A stretch of DNA of 63,807 nt, filler included, from Olpidium bornovanus S191 (Eukaryota; Fungi; Olpidiomycota), in assembly GCA_017911155.1 (NCBI GenBank). It is 32 parts of 32 records of this genome, joined end to end, with 100 filler letters (N's around TTAATTAATTAA, not from the genome) between each part and the next. Parts side by side here need not be neighbours in the genome. Positions count along the whole stretch, not along the records: positions 20,934 to 24,483 come from JAEFCI010007802.1; positions 24,584 to 25,644 come from JAEFCI010003309.1; positions 25,745 to 26,831 come from JAEFCI010005080.1; positions 26,932 to 28,655 come from JAEFCI010007945.1; positions 28,756 to 30,085 come from JAEFCI010007409.1; positions 30,186 to 31,576 come from JAEFCI010000605.1; positions 31,677 to 32,771 come from JAEFCI010010357.1; positions 32,872 to 34,646 come from JAEFCI010004356.1; 24 more parts are not named here. One strand, given 5' to 3'. Under the pieces are notes generated by a model. That model had not been told where the DNA came from and did no database searches. It saw nothing but the letters and a program-made list of their open reading frames with translations. Of this stretch, positions 23,314 through 34,979 are shown in pieces. Numbering within the stretch: position 1 is the first letter of the stretch; the number at the start of each line of letters is the position of its first letter. The position numbers were made by a program, and so were the translations under genes.

Positions 23314-24483
23314 ATGGCGGACGACAGGGCTGCGGCGTGTAACGTTCCGGAGGACGAGGCTGCGCTACCGGCGAAGCGGCCGAAAACAGAGAACCACGAA
23401 GTTGGCCGCGAGCAGGGCGAAGCGTATAACTGCTGCGGCGACGGTGACGACGCCAAAGACGAAGAGCCGGAACTCGTTCCCAGGCCGAAGGCGGATAAGG
23501 GCAAGACAGCGGCTTTGCGGTCGCCAGAACCGACGTACCTTCTGGACTCAGATCCCGATTATGACGAGGACAATGACTCAGATTGGCACGACCAGGGCTT
23601 AGATGGCGAGGACGATTACGACACAGCGTCTGGCGCAACGGGCGAAAGAGCGTCTACGGACGGCAACGACGACGGCGACGACGACGATGACGACGACACG
23701 GACGCTCCGCTTCGCGCCGCGCTTCACGAGAAGCTAGAGGCGTTGGAATCAGGACACGCTTGCGTGTCGGACCTTCCGCTGGCCGACGAAGAACCCACGG
23801 CGCAAAGTGCGAGAGGGCTTGTGCCGTAATCTATTGTTCCCCCGTATGAACAAGTCGGTTGTCTCCTAGGACGACTAAATATCCATACGTGTACTTTCAT
23901 TTAGAAAAAATTACTTTTCAGCGGTTGTCGAGCCGTTCACGGATGAGGAGCGGGAGCATCTCCAGGAAATCATCCGAGAGCGGGGTATGCGGCCAACCGA
24001 ACGAAATTTTGCTATGTTACCAGCCTTCCTCTGAATCTGGATCCACGCTTTTTCTCGACCAACCGTAGGGACCGAGTATTTTTGGAACACGTACGTTGCC
24101 GGACCACAAGCTATACCGCCGCTCCGCCTGTTGCAACTCTTCGATTACACCTTGGTACGATGGTGTCTCGACGAGTTTTGGCAGACGAGAGGGAGGAGGG
24201 AGGGAGTGGGGAGGCGGCCCCTCTTTCTGGAATCCACGGTGCGATTTTTTCTGACAAAGGCTAAAGTTTGGCCGTGTACCTAATTCGGGTAATGCCGTTC
24301 TTGTCCGTCCGACCCTTCTCAAAGCCGCGCTATGCCCTTCAAGATGAAGCCGTCAGCGAAGGGATCTTATACGAACTCGTCCGGAGATTGTTAGTCAGGT
24401 TCCTGCGGCGGCGGCGGAGGCTGGAGCACGTCGCCAACGTGGACGACGTAGTGGAACTTCTGAGAAAACGCAAGAATATCATG
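23314..24483 (+). CDS. SIR2: NAD-dependent deacetylase, Sir2/SIRT1 type, N-terminal part (multi-exon, 3'-partial)
   Basis: Acidic N-terminus with a PAKRPK NLS-like motif; exons FTDEEREHLQEIIRERG, YFWNTYV...IPPLRLLQLF and RFLRRRRRLEHVANVDDVVELLRKRKNIM, which leads into the sirtuin core (compare RxKlxxxNTidDavxLlxxxkkIiV). Confidence 0.8.
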
Positions 24484-24583
24484 NNNNNNNNNNNNNNNNN
24501 NNNNNNNNNNNNNNNNNNNNNNNNNNNTTAATTAATTAANNNNNNNNNNNNNNNNNNNNNNNNNNNNNNNNNNNNNNNNNNNN

Positions 24584-25443
24584 CCTTGTACCGGCGGGAG
24601 CACGGCGATGAGCAGTCAGAGAAAGTCGCAGCGGAGGAGCACCGAGCCGCGGAGCAGGCTGTGGAGCGGGCACGCGAGGCTTACGTCGAGGCAATTCGGG
24701 AACGGTACCACGAGGAGCAGTCGTGGTCGGACCGCGTGCGCGGCGCGGCCACCTATGGTACCTGGGCCCTAATGGGTGTGAACGTCTTGCTGTTCCTGCT
24801 CGTCCAGACCGTTTTCGAACCTCGCAAGCGTGACAAGCTGGTTGCCCGATTCGAAGCGACCCTTGACCGCCGAACCCTGGAGGAGCGCGCGATCGTGGGA
24901 AAGCAGTTAAAGCTGGCCGTAGAGGACGCAGCCGCCAAAAACGGTGCTCGCGTCGACGACGTGCTTCGCTCCTTTTCCGTCGAAGCTACCGCCTTGCTGG
25001 ATTCTCTCGTTAAGGAGCGCGAAGCCATGGGCCACACCGCGGAGGAGGCCAGCGCCTTGGCGGAGATGGACCTTTACGACGGCCGTCGTCTCGCGGGTGG
25101 AAGTATTATGCCATCGGCGTTGCCGCCGTCGTCTGCCCCAGAAACTACGTACGAGGAGCCGAGGGCTGTGGCCGAAAGGTGTTTTGCCGGGAATGCGCAT
25201 CCCCCAAAATCGCCTGACGACATCGCCCGAGAAGCGGTATCCGCAGAAAGAAATCGGATAGCTGGCCTTTGGCCTCCTACCAGCGGCTGGTCTCATTTCA
25301 TCCGATCAGTTTGCTCGGCGGCGTCGATTGCGGCGGAGAGCCCGCGGCAGTTGACCAATAAGGAGCTGATTCTCGTCGGTGCCCAGAGCGCGCTGTTCGG
25401 CTGTCTCGTCACGGGCCTGGCTACCGCTATCTTCGGGCGGTGA
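24584..25443 (+). CDS. SHE9: She9/Mdm33 mitochondrial inner-membrane protein (5'-partial)
   Basis: LYRREH...RYHEEQSWSDRVRGAATYGTWALMGVNVLLFLLVQTVFEPRKRDKL is the family signature; C-terminal TM helix. Confidence 0.92.
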
Positions 25444-25744
25444 CGGCCGCTGGCATTCAAAGTGTCTGCGGCATACCCATGAATTTAGTTTAAAGGAAAG
25501 CCCTACAATGGCATGCTACCTCTTCTTTGTATAATCTTACTCTTCACGTGCTTCATGCAAGTCGCCGAAACGATCCAATGATTTTGAGTGGTTAAACGGC
25601 GCAACGGAAATCATTTATGGAGAAGGTGGTGATTCCTGCAGGAANNNNNNNNNNNNNNNNNNNNNNNNNNNNNNNNNNNNNNNNNNNNTTAATTAATTAA
25701 NNNNNNNNNNNNNNNNNNNNNNNNNNNNNNNNNNNNNNNNNNNN

Positions 25745-25820
25745 CATGCGCCCATCTTTTTTTTTGCGACGGAAACATCTTCTTTTAACGGGGCATTTTC
25801 TTTTTTTTTTTGCGACGGGC
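25745..25820. repeat. Inverted copy of the GTCGC-A-tract-GAAGATG satellite
   Basis: Reverse complement reads CCCGTCGC-A(11)-GAAAATGCCCCGTT-AAAAGAAGATGTTTCCGTCGC-A(9)-GATGG, as at 15651-15775. Confidence 0.65.
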
Positions 25821-26322
25821 GAATATTCTGAACGGCCGTGCTCAGCGTGAGACGTGGACTCGCCCCGCTTGATCTCAGCCTTAATCGCTTTCATGTCTCG
25901 CAGAATGCACTCCGTGGAGGCAAGAGCCTGACCCGGGAGGCGCGAGAGGCAGACTTCGGGCGCCGCGTGTAGTCCTGGACGAGATCATCCAACCGACGAC
26001 CTCCCTGCAGAGTTTGAATGCCAGGCACTTCTGCGCAGAAGGAGCACCTTGTCAAGAACCGGCCCAGACGGAGGCGTAAGGTCTGTCTGTCAGCCGCATC
26101 CGGCCGCCCGACGGCGTCAGGTTTGAAGGAGGCGGGCGGGAGGGAAACTAAGTTTGGGGGAGTGAAGGGTCTCTCTGACGGGGGGCCGGGCGAGAGGAGC
26201 GGGCGGAGCCGCCCGCCCTTTTTCCGGCACGGGCGCCGTCGTCCCCTCGGCACGCCGCGTGCGCTCCGTCCTTCCCGGGGTCTCAGCCACCGCGGCGACC
26301 GCGGCTCCTCGGAACCTGCGCC

Positions 26323-26328
26323 ATGGTA

Positions 26329-26365
<37 letters not shown>

Positions 26366-26768
26366 CCGGCCGCTGCGACGGATATTGCCGACCCGGACCG
26401 CCGCTTGGTTTTTTCGCCTCCGCTTTGAGAGTTGCGGCGCCGCTCTTTGAGACGGTCCGTCGTTCGCCGTCCGTCACCGCTCTGCCTCCCCCAATGCACC
26501 CACCCCCTTCCTTACCCTTGCCCCCGTTGCCGCGCGGCCGGCCAAACAAACCCGGGGGACCCCGCCTGCGCCCCTCCCCCGCGCGCAAGAGCCGGTCCGC
26601 TTCCTCTTCGTCGCGAACTCGCAGGGCCGGACGCGGCTGTCGAGGTACGAGGACGACGGGTGCAGGGAAACCGGCGACGGCGGCGCGCGGACGTGGCGGA
26701 CGCCGGAGGAGCGCGCGGCGCTCGAGAGAGAGATCGCGAAGAGGGTCGTCGGCCGCCGGGAGCACCTG
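26323..26768 (+). CDS. Clathrin adaptor small (sigma) subunit, most like AP-4 sigma; ATG-only exon 1 plus exon 2 (26592-26768), 3'-partial
   Basis: ATG|GTATGC intron, then PVRFLFVANSQGRTRLSRYE...TPEERAALEREIAKRVVGRREHL|GTGAGC; longin-fold sigma adaptin N-terminus. Not in the ORF track. Confidence 0.75.
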
Positions 26769-27025
26769 GTGAGCCCCGCGCGTTTTTTTTTTTTTTCGAC
26801 CGAGGGGGGGGGGGGGGGGGGGGGGGGGGGGNNNNNNNNNNNNNNNNNNNNNNNNNNNNNNNNNNNNNNNNNNNNTTAATTAATTAANNNNNNNNNNNNN
26901 NNNNNNNNNNNNNNNNNNNNNNNNNNNNNNNCGAACCCGGGGGCCGACCAATAGAATAATTCCCCTCGAAACCTGCCAATCGAAGAGCTCTCCCCCCCGC
27001 CCCCCCCCCCCCCCCCCCCCACACC

Positions 27026-27057
<32 letters not shown>

Positions 27058-27179
27058 CCCCCCCCCCCCCCCCCCCCCACCCCCCCTTCCCCCCCGCTCC
27101 TCCCTCTCCTCCCTCTCCTCCCTCCCCCCCGTTCCCTTCCCCCCACACCGACAACTCCCCCCCCACACACACCCACGAA

Positions 27180-27216
<37 letters not shown>

Positions 27217-27302
27217 CAAGACGACTTAAGAAAGAATAGGCAGCGCCGTCGGGGGAACGGGAGGAAGCTGTCCCACGCCAGCAGAAAACATACAAGCAAC
27301 AA

Positions 27303-28642
27303 ATGGCCCCTCTCCAGGTGATCGTCGTCGGCGGTGGCCTCTCCGGGTTGTCGGCCGCGCACACCGTCATCGAGCAAGGGGGAAACGTCGTGGTCATAGA
27401 CAAGGTCGCGTTCTTCGGAGGAAATTCCACAAAGGTGCGAGAGAGGGAAAGAGAGCGAGCGAGAAAGAGAGATAGAATGATGAGATGGGACAAATCGTGG
27501 TGTGGGGACCACCTTCGTGTGCACGCGTGGCACAGATAGGTCAAAACGTCTCTTGCTCCGTTTTGTTCTGCTGTCTCCCACCTTCGCGCGCCTTTCCCCC
27601 TCTTCCCCCCGGTTTTTTTTTTCGTGGTTCCGTTCTGCTTGCTGCGCGCCTCCCGCTAACTGCATCTTGTGATTCGCTTACACGTCGTCGGGCAGGCAAC
27701 CTCCGGAATCAACGGCGCTTTGACGCGCACGCAGATTGACCTCAAAATTCCCGACAGCGTGGATGCCTTCGCGGCCGACACGACGCGCTCCGCGCGTGAT
27801 CTTGCGCGACCGGACCTTATCAAGGTGCTAACGGGACAGTCCGCGTCCGCCGTCGAATGGCTTCAGAACAAGTTCAAGCTTGACCTATCCCTCGTTTCGC
27901 GCCTCGGCGGCCACTCTTTCCCGCGAACCCACCGCGGCAAGGAGCGTTTTCCTGGCATGACCATCACGTACGCCCTCATGGAGCGCTACGAAGAGTTGGC
28001 CAAGGCCAATCCTGGGCGCATCAGGGCTATTACCAAGGCACGCGCCACCCGCCTCCTCACCGACTCAACCACTGGCGCCGTTACCGGCGTGGAGTACGAG
28101 CAGGGCGGCGTCCAGAAACAGGAATACGGCGCCGTTGTTCTTGCCACGGGTGGCTACGCTGCAGATTTTACCGAGAACTCTTTGATCAAAAAGCACCGGC
28201 CCGAGTTCATCAACCTCCCCACGACGAACGCCGAGGGCACTACGGGCGATGGACACAAGATGGCGATGGCAATTGGGTAAACATGGTGTTGATTCTGCAG
28301 ATAACTGCATCTGTTCCGGCTTACCTGAAGCGGCAAAGATAGCATTGACACTGCCGCTTATCACTTCGCAATTCGCCCAGAGCGAAGGCCACCCATCTTG
28401 AGAATATTCAGGTTCACCCAACTGGTTTGGTCGACCCGGCTGACCCGGGAAGCAAAGTCAAGTTCCTCGCGGCCGAGGCTCTCCGTGGTGTCGGCGGGAT
28501 CCTGCTGAACGGCGAAGGCAACCGCTTCTGTGACGAGCTTGGCCACCGTGATTACGTCACTGGAGAGATTTGGAAGACAAAGCTGCCGGTTCGGCTTGTT
28601 CTCAACTCAAAGGCGAGCAGCTCTATCATTTGGCACTGCAAG
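27303..28642 (+). CDS. OSM1: Soluble FAD-dependent fumarate reductase, N-terminal part (3'-partial)
   Basis: VIVVGGGLSGLSAA (FAD binding), GGNSTK|ATSGING, RLGGHSFPRTHRG, VVLATGGYAADF, PTTNAEGTTGDG, KFLAAEALRGVGG, RFCDELGHRDYVT. Confidence 0.93.
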
Positions 28643-29794
28643 GTAATCTGCATGANNNNNNNNNNNNNNNNNNNNNNNNNNNNNNNNNNNNNNNNNNNNT
28701 TAATTAATTAANNNNNNNNNNNNNNNNNNNNNNNNNNNNNNNNNNNNNNNNNNNNCCCGCCGTTCAGTTATCGGCCATGGGGTACCGAGGCTCGCTTGGG
28801 ACCAACTCCCATTACATTTGACCCTTTTCCCGCCGCTTTCTCTGGTGCGGAACGTCGCAGCGCGCAATCCCAAAACCATTAGGCCAAAATGAACTCTTCT
28901 TTGTTTTACTAGCATCAACAACTCAAACTTTGACCATTTTTGGCTAGGGCCCGCAACACCAGATATTGCACCCCAGTACTCAACTTCGTAGACGCGCATT
29001 ATCTAAACCGGTACCACGACCGCACCTTGGCGCTGGTCATAGGCCGCTCCCGCGCTAGAACTGGACGTACCTAAAACGCACAAGATGCGGGAATTTCTCC
29101 CACGGAAACAAATCCGGAATCGATGTCAGAAGGCAGCAGCCGATCCCAGCAGCGTTCGTTTTCAATTCGGCAACCGGCTTCGTCCCCCACGATCAAACCC
29201 CCAGCGCTTGTTCTGTCCCTGTTGAATTCGGGTTTCGAAGGAGCGAAGAAAGGATATGCTCTATTTCTTGATTATATCCTATTTCATAGAGCGGAGATCA
29301 CGCCCCGGATAAGATCACGCACTTACACGATCGCGCCGCGGCCAAGTTCGCGCTCCGTGGGCTCCGCCCTCGCTTCTGCTTGTTCCGAGGACGGACCAGC
29401 CCCGCCTCGCCTCTGCTTGTTTCGGACGCGGCGACCGCCCGGCCTTCACCTCAGCTCGCTCCGAGCGGGGGCGTCGGCCCCGCCCTCGCCTCTGCTCCTT
29501 CCGAGCGGGGCCTCGCCTCTGCTCGATCGTTTTGGCGGTTCTCCCTCCCGTCCCTCCGCTTTCGGAGTTTTACGCGGTTTTCTCTCCCCAACGCCGTAGA
29601 CCACCCTTCCCCTCCCCCTCCCCCCTCCCCCCTCCCACCCCGCAGCGCTCCGCCGGTTGAGCTCCTCTACGCGTCCGACGTCGCGCTCCGGCGAACACCA
29701 CCGTTCCGGTCAGAAAAGCGCGTCGGCCGAGATCGCGCTCCGGCCGAGATCGCCACTTCCGTCCTCACCTCTGTTTCGTTCCGTCCCCGCCGAC

Positions 29795-29831
<37 letters not shown>

Positions 29832-29868
29832 CCCCCCCCAACCCCCCCCCCCCCCCCCCCCCCTCGCG

Positions 29869-29914
<46 letters not shown>

Positions 29915-29918
29915 CCCC

Positions 29919-29967
<49 letters not shown>

Positions 29968-30361
29968 CATTTCCCGCTCGTCCCCTTTTCCCCCCTTCCC
30001 CTCCTTCCCCGCACACTAACACACTCACACCCCTCCTCTCCCCCCCCCCCCCCCCCCCTCCCCCCCCCCCCCCCGCGGCGCGCCGNNNNNNNNNNNNNNN
30101 NNNNNNNNNNNNNNNNNNNNNNNNNNNNNTTAATTAATTAANNNNNNNNNNNNNNNNNNNNNNNNNNNNNNNNNNNNNNNNNNNNCCTGGACTGCGCGCC
30201 CCGGGTCCCTATTTTAATGCTGCGTGCATTCTCCAAATTTGCGCTGCGTGCGCTAAGTGCTTCGATCACAGGTTTTCCCCTGATGCGATCAGGTTTTTAC
30301 CGAGATCACCAATGAAGTACGATCACGCTCACCTGGCTCGGTAGGCTGAGTGCCCGCTGAG

Positions 30362-30523
30362 CGAGGAGGAGTGTTGTGAACCGAAAGAGTACGCTCTACG
30401 GGCACATGATCAAAGATGCCAAAGACCAGGAGGGGAGCTCCAGTGGGCTTCTCCCTCCCGCCGTCCAAACAGCAAACAAAGGAGAGAAGAGAGGAAGACG
30501 GAAAGAAGAAGCTTTTTGCAACA
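30362..30523 (+). mobile_element. LTR family B: polypurine tract (about 30363-30371, GAGGAGGAG) + 3' LTR (30372-30523, 152 bp)
   Basis: GAGGAGGAG|TGTTG junction typical of Ty1/copia; LTR ends GCAACA; homologous to 13160-13314. Confidence 0.72.
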
Positions 30524-30632
30524 CTTTTTTTAAACCTCCAAAATTCCCGGGGCGGCCGGGGCGCGCGCGCGCGCGCGTGTGTAAGAAGATATTTGGCGTG
30601 ACCAAACAAGCAAAAAAACAAAAAAAAAAACC

Positions 30633-31379
30633 TCACGCGGCCTCGAGGGCCACCCGGAACGCGCGCAAGAGCTCTTCGACGGGCTCCGTCCCCACGCTGA
30701 CGCGGACGAGGTGGCTGGCCACGCCGAAGCCGGCGGCCCAGTCGAACTGGCCGTAGTGCGCGAGGATCGTGTATGGGCAGGCGAGGGTGAAGGTCGTGCC
30801 GAGCGACGGGCCCTTGCGCACGGCGAGCGCGTCGAAGAAGCGCGCCGCGGCGGAAGACGCCTCCTCGTCGTCTCCTCCGGCCAGCACCACCGAGAACAGC
30901 CCGCCGTACCCGGGACGGGCCGAATCGCCGCCGCCGCCGCAGCCGCGCTCGGCGGGACGCCGTCGGCAGGACGCGTACGCGTCCGGCGTCACGAACTTCG
31001 GATAGTACACTTTTCGGACTGGCCCGCGCGACAGACACGGCGTGAGGATGGGTGGGGGGTGGGGGGGGGGGGGAACAGGGCGCCGAAAACCGAATTTTCG
31101 GCGTGAGACGTTGGCGATGTCAGGCCTTTTCGCCTTCTGAGACGACGCGCCTTCGCGGTGGCCGAAATGAGGACGGGGTCTCTCGTACCTTTCGGGTGTC
31201 CAGCGAGATAATCGCAGACGGCTTCCGCGTTCGCGTCGATCTGCCGCACGCGCTCTCGGAAGCGGCGGGAGTTGCGCTCCAGGACCACGGCGTCCATGCC
31301 CCACACGTTATCTTCGTAATCCTCGTCCATGGCCTTCCTCAGCGCGTCGTAGTGCTTCCCGTCGGGATTGAGCACGGCA
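30633..31379 (-). CDS. STR2: Cystathionine gamma-synthase (PLP-dependent), 3' part, two exons
   Basis: AVLNP...YEDNVWGMDAVVLERNSRRFRERVRQIDANAEAVCDYL, VYYPK, GYGGLFSV, FFDALAVRKGPSLGTTFTLACPYTILAHY, LVRVSVGTE. Confidence 0.92.
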
Positions 31380-32333
31380 CTGGGCACCCGCCGATAAGCA
31401 AAATCGTGACCGGACCACCCCGGTGAGCCCGTCTGACCACCACCCGCCGGTCGCAACGCTTCGCGGTGTCGCCGCGGGCTGCGCCTCTTCCGGTCGAGAT
31501 GTTTTTCTCACGTCGAGTTTTCCGCAGGTTCCCCCCCCCCGCCCCCCCCCCCCCCCCCGGGGCGGCGGGGGGGCCCNNNNNNNNNNNNNNNNNNNNNNNN
31601 NNNNNNNNNNNNNNNNNNNNTTAATTAATTAANNNNNNNNNNNNNNNNNNNNNNNNNNNNNNNNNNNNNNNNNNNNCATGAATCTCTTAAAGAACCCTCC
31701 CACAAAGCGACTCTCTATCCAGGTCCGCGGATCTCATCACGTTTCCATACGAAAAGATGGCTTATATAAATGCTTTTCATTATCAATCCTTGATTGTTCC
31801 GTCCGCAAGGATGAAAAACTACTCACTTTCTATGTCGACGATGGTACGGTGAACGGCGTAGCGACTGATTAAGTTTTCAACGCGGCACCTTCCGCCAACA
31901 TTTCCGAAAAACGGATTTGCGCCTGAAAAGTTTTACATTATCAGAAGCGCTTTCCGGTGTTTTAGAAATTGTTCCTTCAATGCTGGGTTGATAAGGCCAT
32001 TACACGAATGAAGCTGTTGCCCGTTTTGACACAATGGGCTGCCGCCCGATGCCGACCCCCGTTGCACACACTGAGCACACTCGTCCCCCGGCGTCGACAG
32101 GCACGCTTCGCCCGGCCGAAGGTTTGGAAGGTTATCAGGCCATCAGCTGTTATGCATCCTACGGTTTGCTCTTGCCGCGGATGCGACCTCGACCCCCGCC
32201 GGCTTCCTTGCCGATTTCATGATAAATCCTGCAGATGCTCACTAGAGCCGGCACGAAGTGGGCTTTCCCTCATACCTTTGTGGGACCACATATCCGTAAA
32301 TGTCAAGTACGGCGCGAATACCTTTGACTCCCA

Positions 32334-32501
32334 AAATTTCATGCCATTTCAGATTTCCTCGCACCACTCACGTATAGGTTTTGCCCCTTTTCAGGAGAAA
32401 GGGGGGGGAGAGGATTTTAAATTTCATGCCATTTCAGATTTCCTCGCACCACTCACGTATAGGTTTCGCCCCTTTTCAGGAGAAAGGGGGGGGAGAGGAT
32501 T
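32334..32501. repeat. Tandem duplication, 2 x 85 bp
   Basis: AAATTTCATGCCATTTCAGATTTCCTCGCACC... starts at 32334 and 32419. Confidence 0.93.
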
Positions 32502-34013
32502 ACAATCTTATTTAATGGCGTAAAATGTTTCTGCTGATGCGGCGGTTGTTTTTTTTTTTTTTTTATATTCGCGCGCATGTGTCGGCGCTCAACACGACCG
32601 CCGAGGGCGAAGCCGGGAAGTATTTGGTTAGGGATAAAAGCCACGCAGCGGACTGCTGCCGGATCTAACACGCGGTAAGCGGGTGTGGGGGGGGGGGGGG
32701 GGGGGGGGGGGGGGGAAGGGGTTGGGGGGGGGGGGGGGGAAAAAGGGGGGGGGGGGGGGCGGGGAAGGTGGNNNNNNNNNNNNNNNNNNNNNNNNNNNNN
32801 NNNNNNNNNNNNNNNTTAATTAATTAANNNNNNNNNNNNNNNNNNNNNNNNNNNNNNNNNNNNNNNNNNNNACGTTCTTCACTTGTTACAGTAGCCGACA
32901 AGGACTAATCTCTTGGCCACAGAAAAGAATTTGTTTTCTGGACGACAGAAGAGATAATTTGTTTAGACTACAGGTTTTCAAAAAAGATCATGCGAATCTG
33001 TAGCAACGCCCCACAATCCGAGCGACCATAACGATCGACCGTCACGCAGGTTTTGTCGGAAGGCCTCCGGGAAGTTCTTTCTGCCCCGCGCGTCCACATC
33101 TTCCCCACAACTGCGCCACGCGACCGTGACTTTACATAATCCTCACGAACCGTCAGCCCAAACTGCGCTGCAACCTTGGCATCCGCCAGGCGGAGTGACT
33201 CGACGGCAGATCCGAGCGCCAAAGGTACTCCGTTACATTCTTTCGGCCCTCGGCCGCGAGAAACTGCCGGGGAACGCCGCGATGGCTTTCACTTCACATC
33301 AGGAACAAGTGCCAAAGTGATTCTTTTTTTTTTTTTTTCGCTGTTGCCATTTTTTTTTTCCTCCCCGCCCCCGGCACGAAGATAAGGAGGGAGCTGCCAA
33401 ACACCTCCGCCGCGGTGCTTTCTTGAACAACGGTCTCTGTACTTGCAGAACCAGCTAAGTAGCGGATCCGTTTGCAAATACGTCCGATATGGGCCAAGCG
33501 TGGCCGGCGGTGCCTCAACGAGACTAGCTTAGCCAGTAGATTGCAGTTTGGAACACAAGAGAGTTCGATCACGCTTCGATGACGGTCAATGTACAGTCGT
33601 GTGTCGGCAGCTGCAGAGCTGAACAGTCTGAAGCGGTATATTGACCGTTGCGTTCACGTTCGAGAGACAACCGGGAAAGCAGGGGTATGACGCGGCAGGC
33701 TTTCCATAAGCCAGTACTAAACAAAAACAGGGACAGGTGTCATCACCGCAAGAAAGCGTGCTTTATTTTTCCTGTTCTCGCACAATCAAGTCGTCGTCGC
33801 CTCAACAGCCCGGGAGTCGCACCTGTACACGGCAAATCGATTTCAGCAGATGGATGCGAAAATAATCGGCTGTTTCGGGGCGCAGGGCCTCTGTCGTCTC
33901 TAATTGCACGTCATCCGTGATCGACCGCGCATTTTCTGCGTGTTTTTGACTCGACGGTCGTAGGAAAGGCGGAATGCTTGGAACAGAACAAAGAATGCGA
34001 GGGGCTCGCGGAG

Positions 34014-34149
34014 CTAACTGTCGCAGAGCTTCTTCTTGACCTTGTCTCCGCACCAGTTCCGCATCTCGGTGCTAGCACCGCTTACCTGGTTCAGGGTTTC
34101 GGCACAGGTTCAAAGCAGCCCCAAGTCAAAATGGTGGAGGGGGGAAAAC

Positions 34150-34180
<31 letters not shown>

Positions 34181-34560
34181 AAAGGAAAAAAAAGGAAGGA
34201 ACGATTGCGGCCGCGGCGGCTTCCAACAACTAAAGGTGCGCCGAACCTCATGCAGCCAGTCGTTGACCTTCCTGGGCATCAGTCTCAGTAGCGGCGCGAC
34301 GTTGGTGTACAGCGGCATCAACACTTCGCGGCTCTGACCGTTGTCGAGGGCGTCGATGATCTCCTTGGCAACCGTCAGCGGCTCGAGCACAGGCGTGATG
34401 AACGGACAGGCGTGGTTTACCCCCGCAAACATGTCCGTGCCGATCTTGCCGGTACAGAAGAGCGTCGTCTGCACGCAAGGCTTTTTATACCTCGACAGTA
34501 TCTCGCTGCGAAGCGCGTCGTGCATCATGATCAGGCCCGCCTTCGCCGCGGCGTACCCCG
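34014..34560 (-). CDS. Short-chain dehydrogenase/reductase (SDR16C/Tda5-like), 3' part
   Basis: Catalytic YxxxK (YAAAKAG), VQTTLFCTGKIGTDMFAGV, PVLEPLTVAKEII, MPLYTNVAPLLRLMP; last exon VSGASTEMRNWCG...stop at 34014. Confidence 0.88.
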
Positions 34561-34979
34561 CTGGGCCACGCCGGGGCGGGCCAAAAGCATATCAGTCCCG
34601 GATTTATGTGCAATCCCGCCCACGTGTGCTACTGACGAGGCTTACGNNNNNNNNNNNNNNNNNNNNNNNNNNNNNNNNNNNNNNNNNNNNTTAATTAATT
34701 AANNNNNNNNNNNNNNNNNNNNNNNNNNNNNNNNNNNNNNNNNNNNCATGCGTAATAAGCAAGACCGCCGGCGCAGAAAAGAGAGGCAGGGCGATTCGAA
34801 CTTCGGTCCGATAACGCAGTGGGAAAGTGTTCCGTAGGCGGCATTTTGCAGAATATCATAACAATGAGACACGCTCTCTGTAGACTGAGCCGCTCGTCAC
34901 TCTTTGAGGATGCGAATCTCGTCCCGTCCGGACCGTTAACGGCACAAGCCACGATTTCTTCCATACCCTCCGACCCTGC

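Noticed and set aside
20755-30070. Poly-Gly/poly-Pro/poly-Lys/poly-Phe ORFs from long G, C, A or T runs (e.g. 20755-20830, 26995-27080, 29795-29970; also 49220-49302)
   Set aside because: Homopolymers adjacent to gaps are probably sequencing or gap-filling artefacts, or non-coding tracts.
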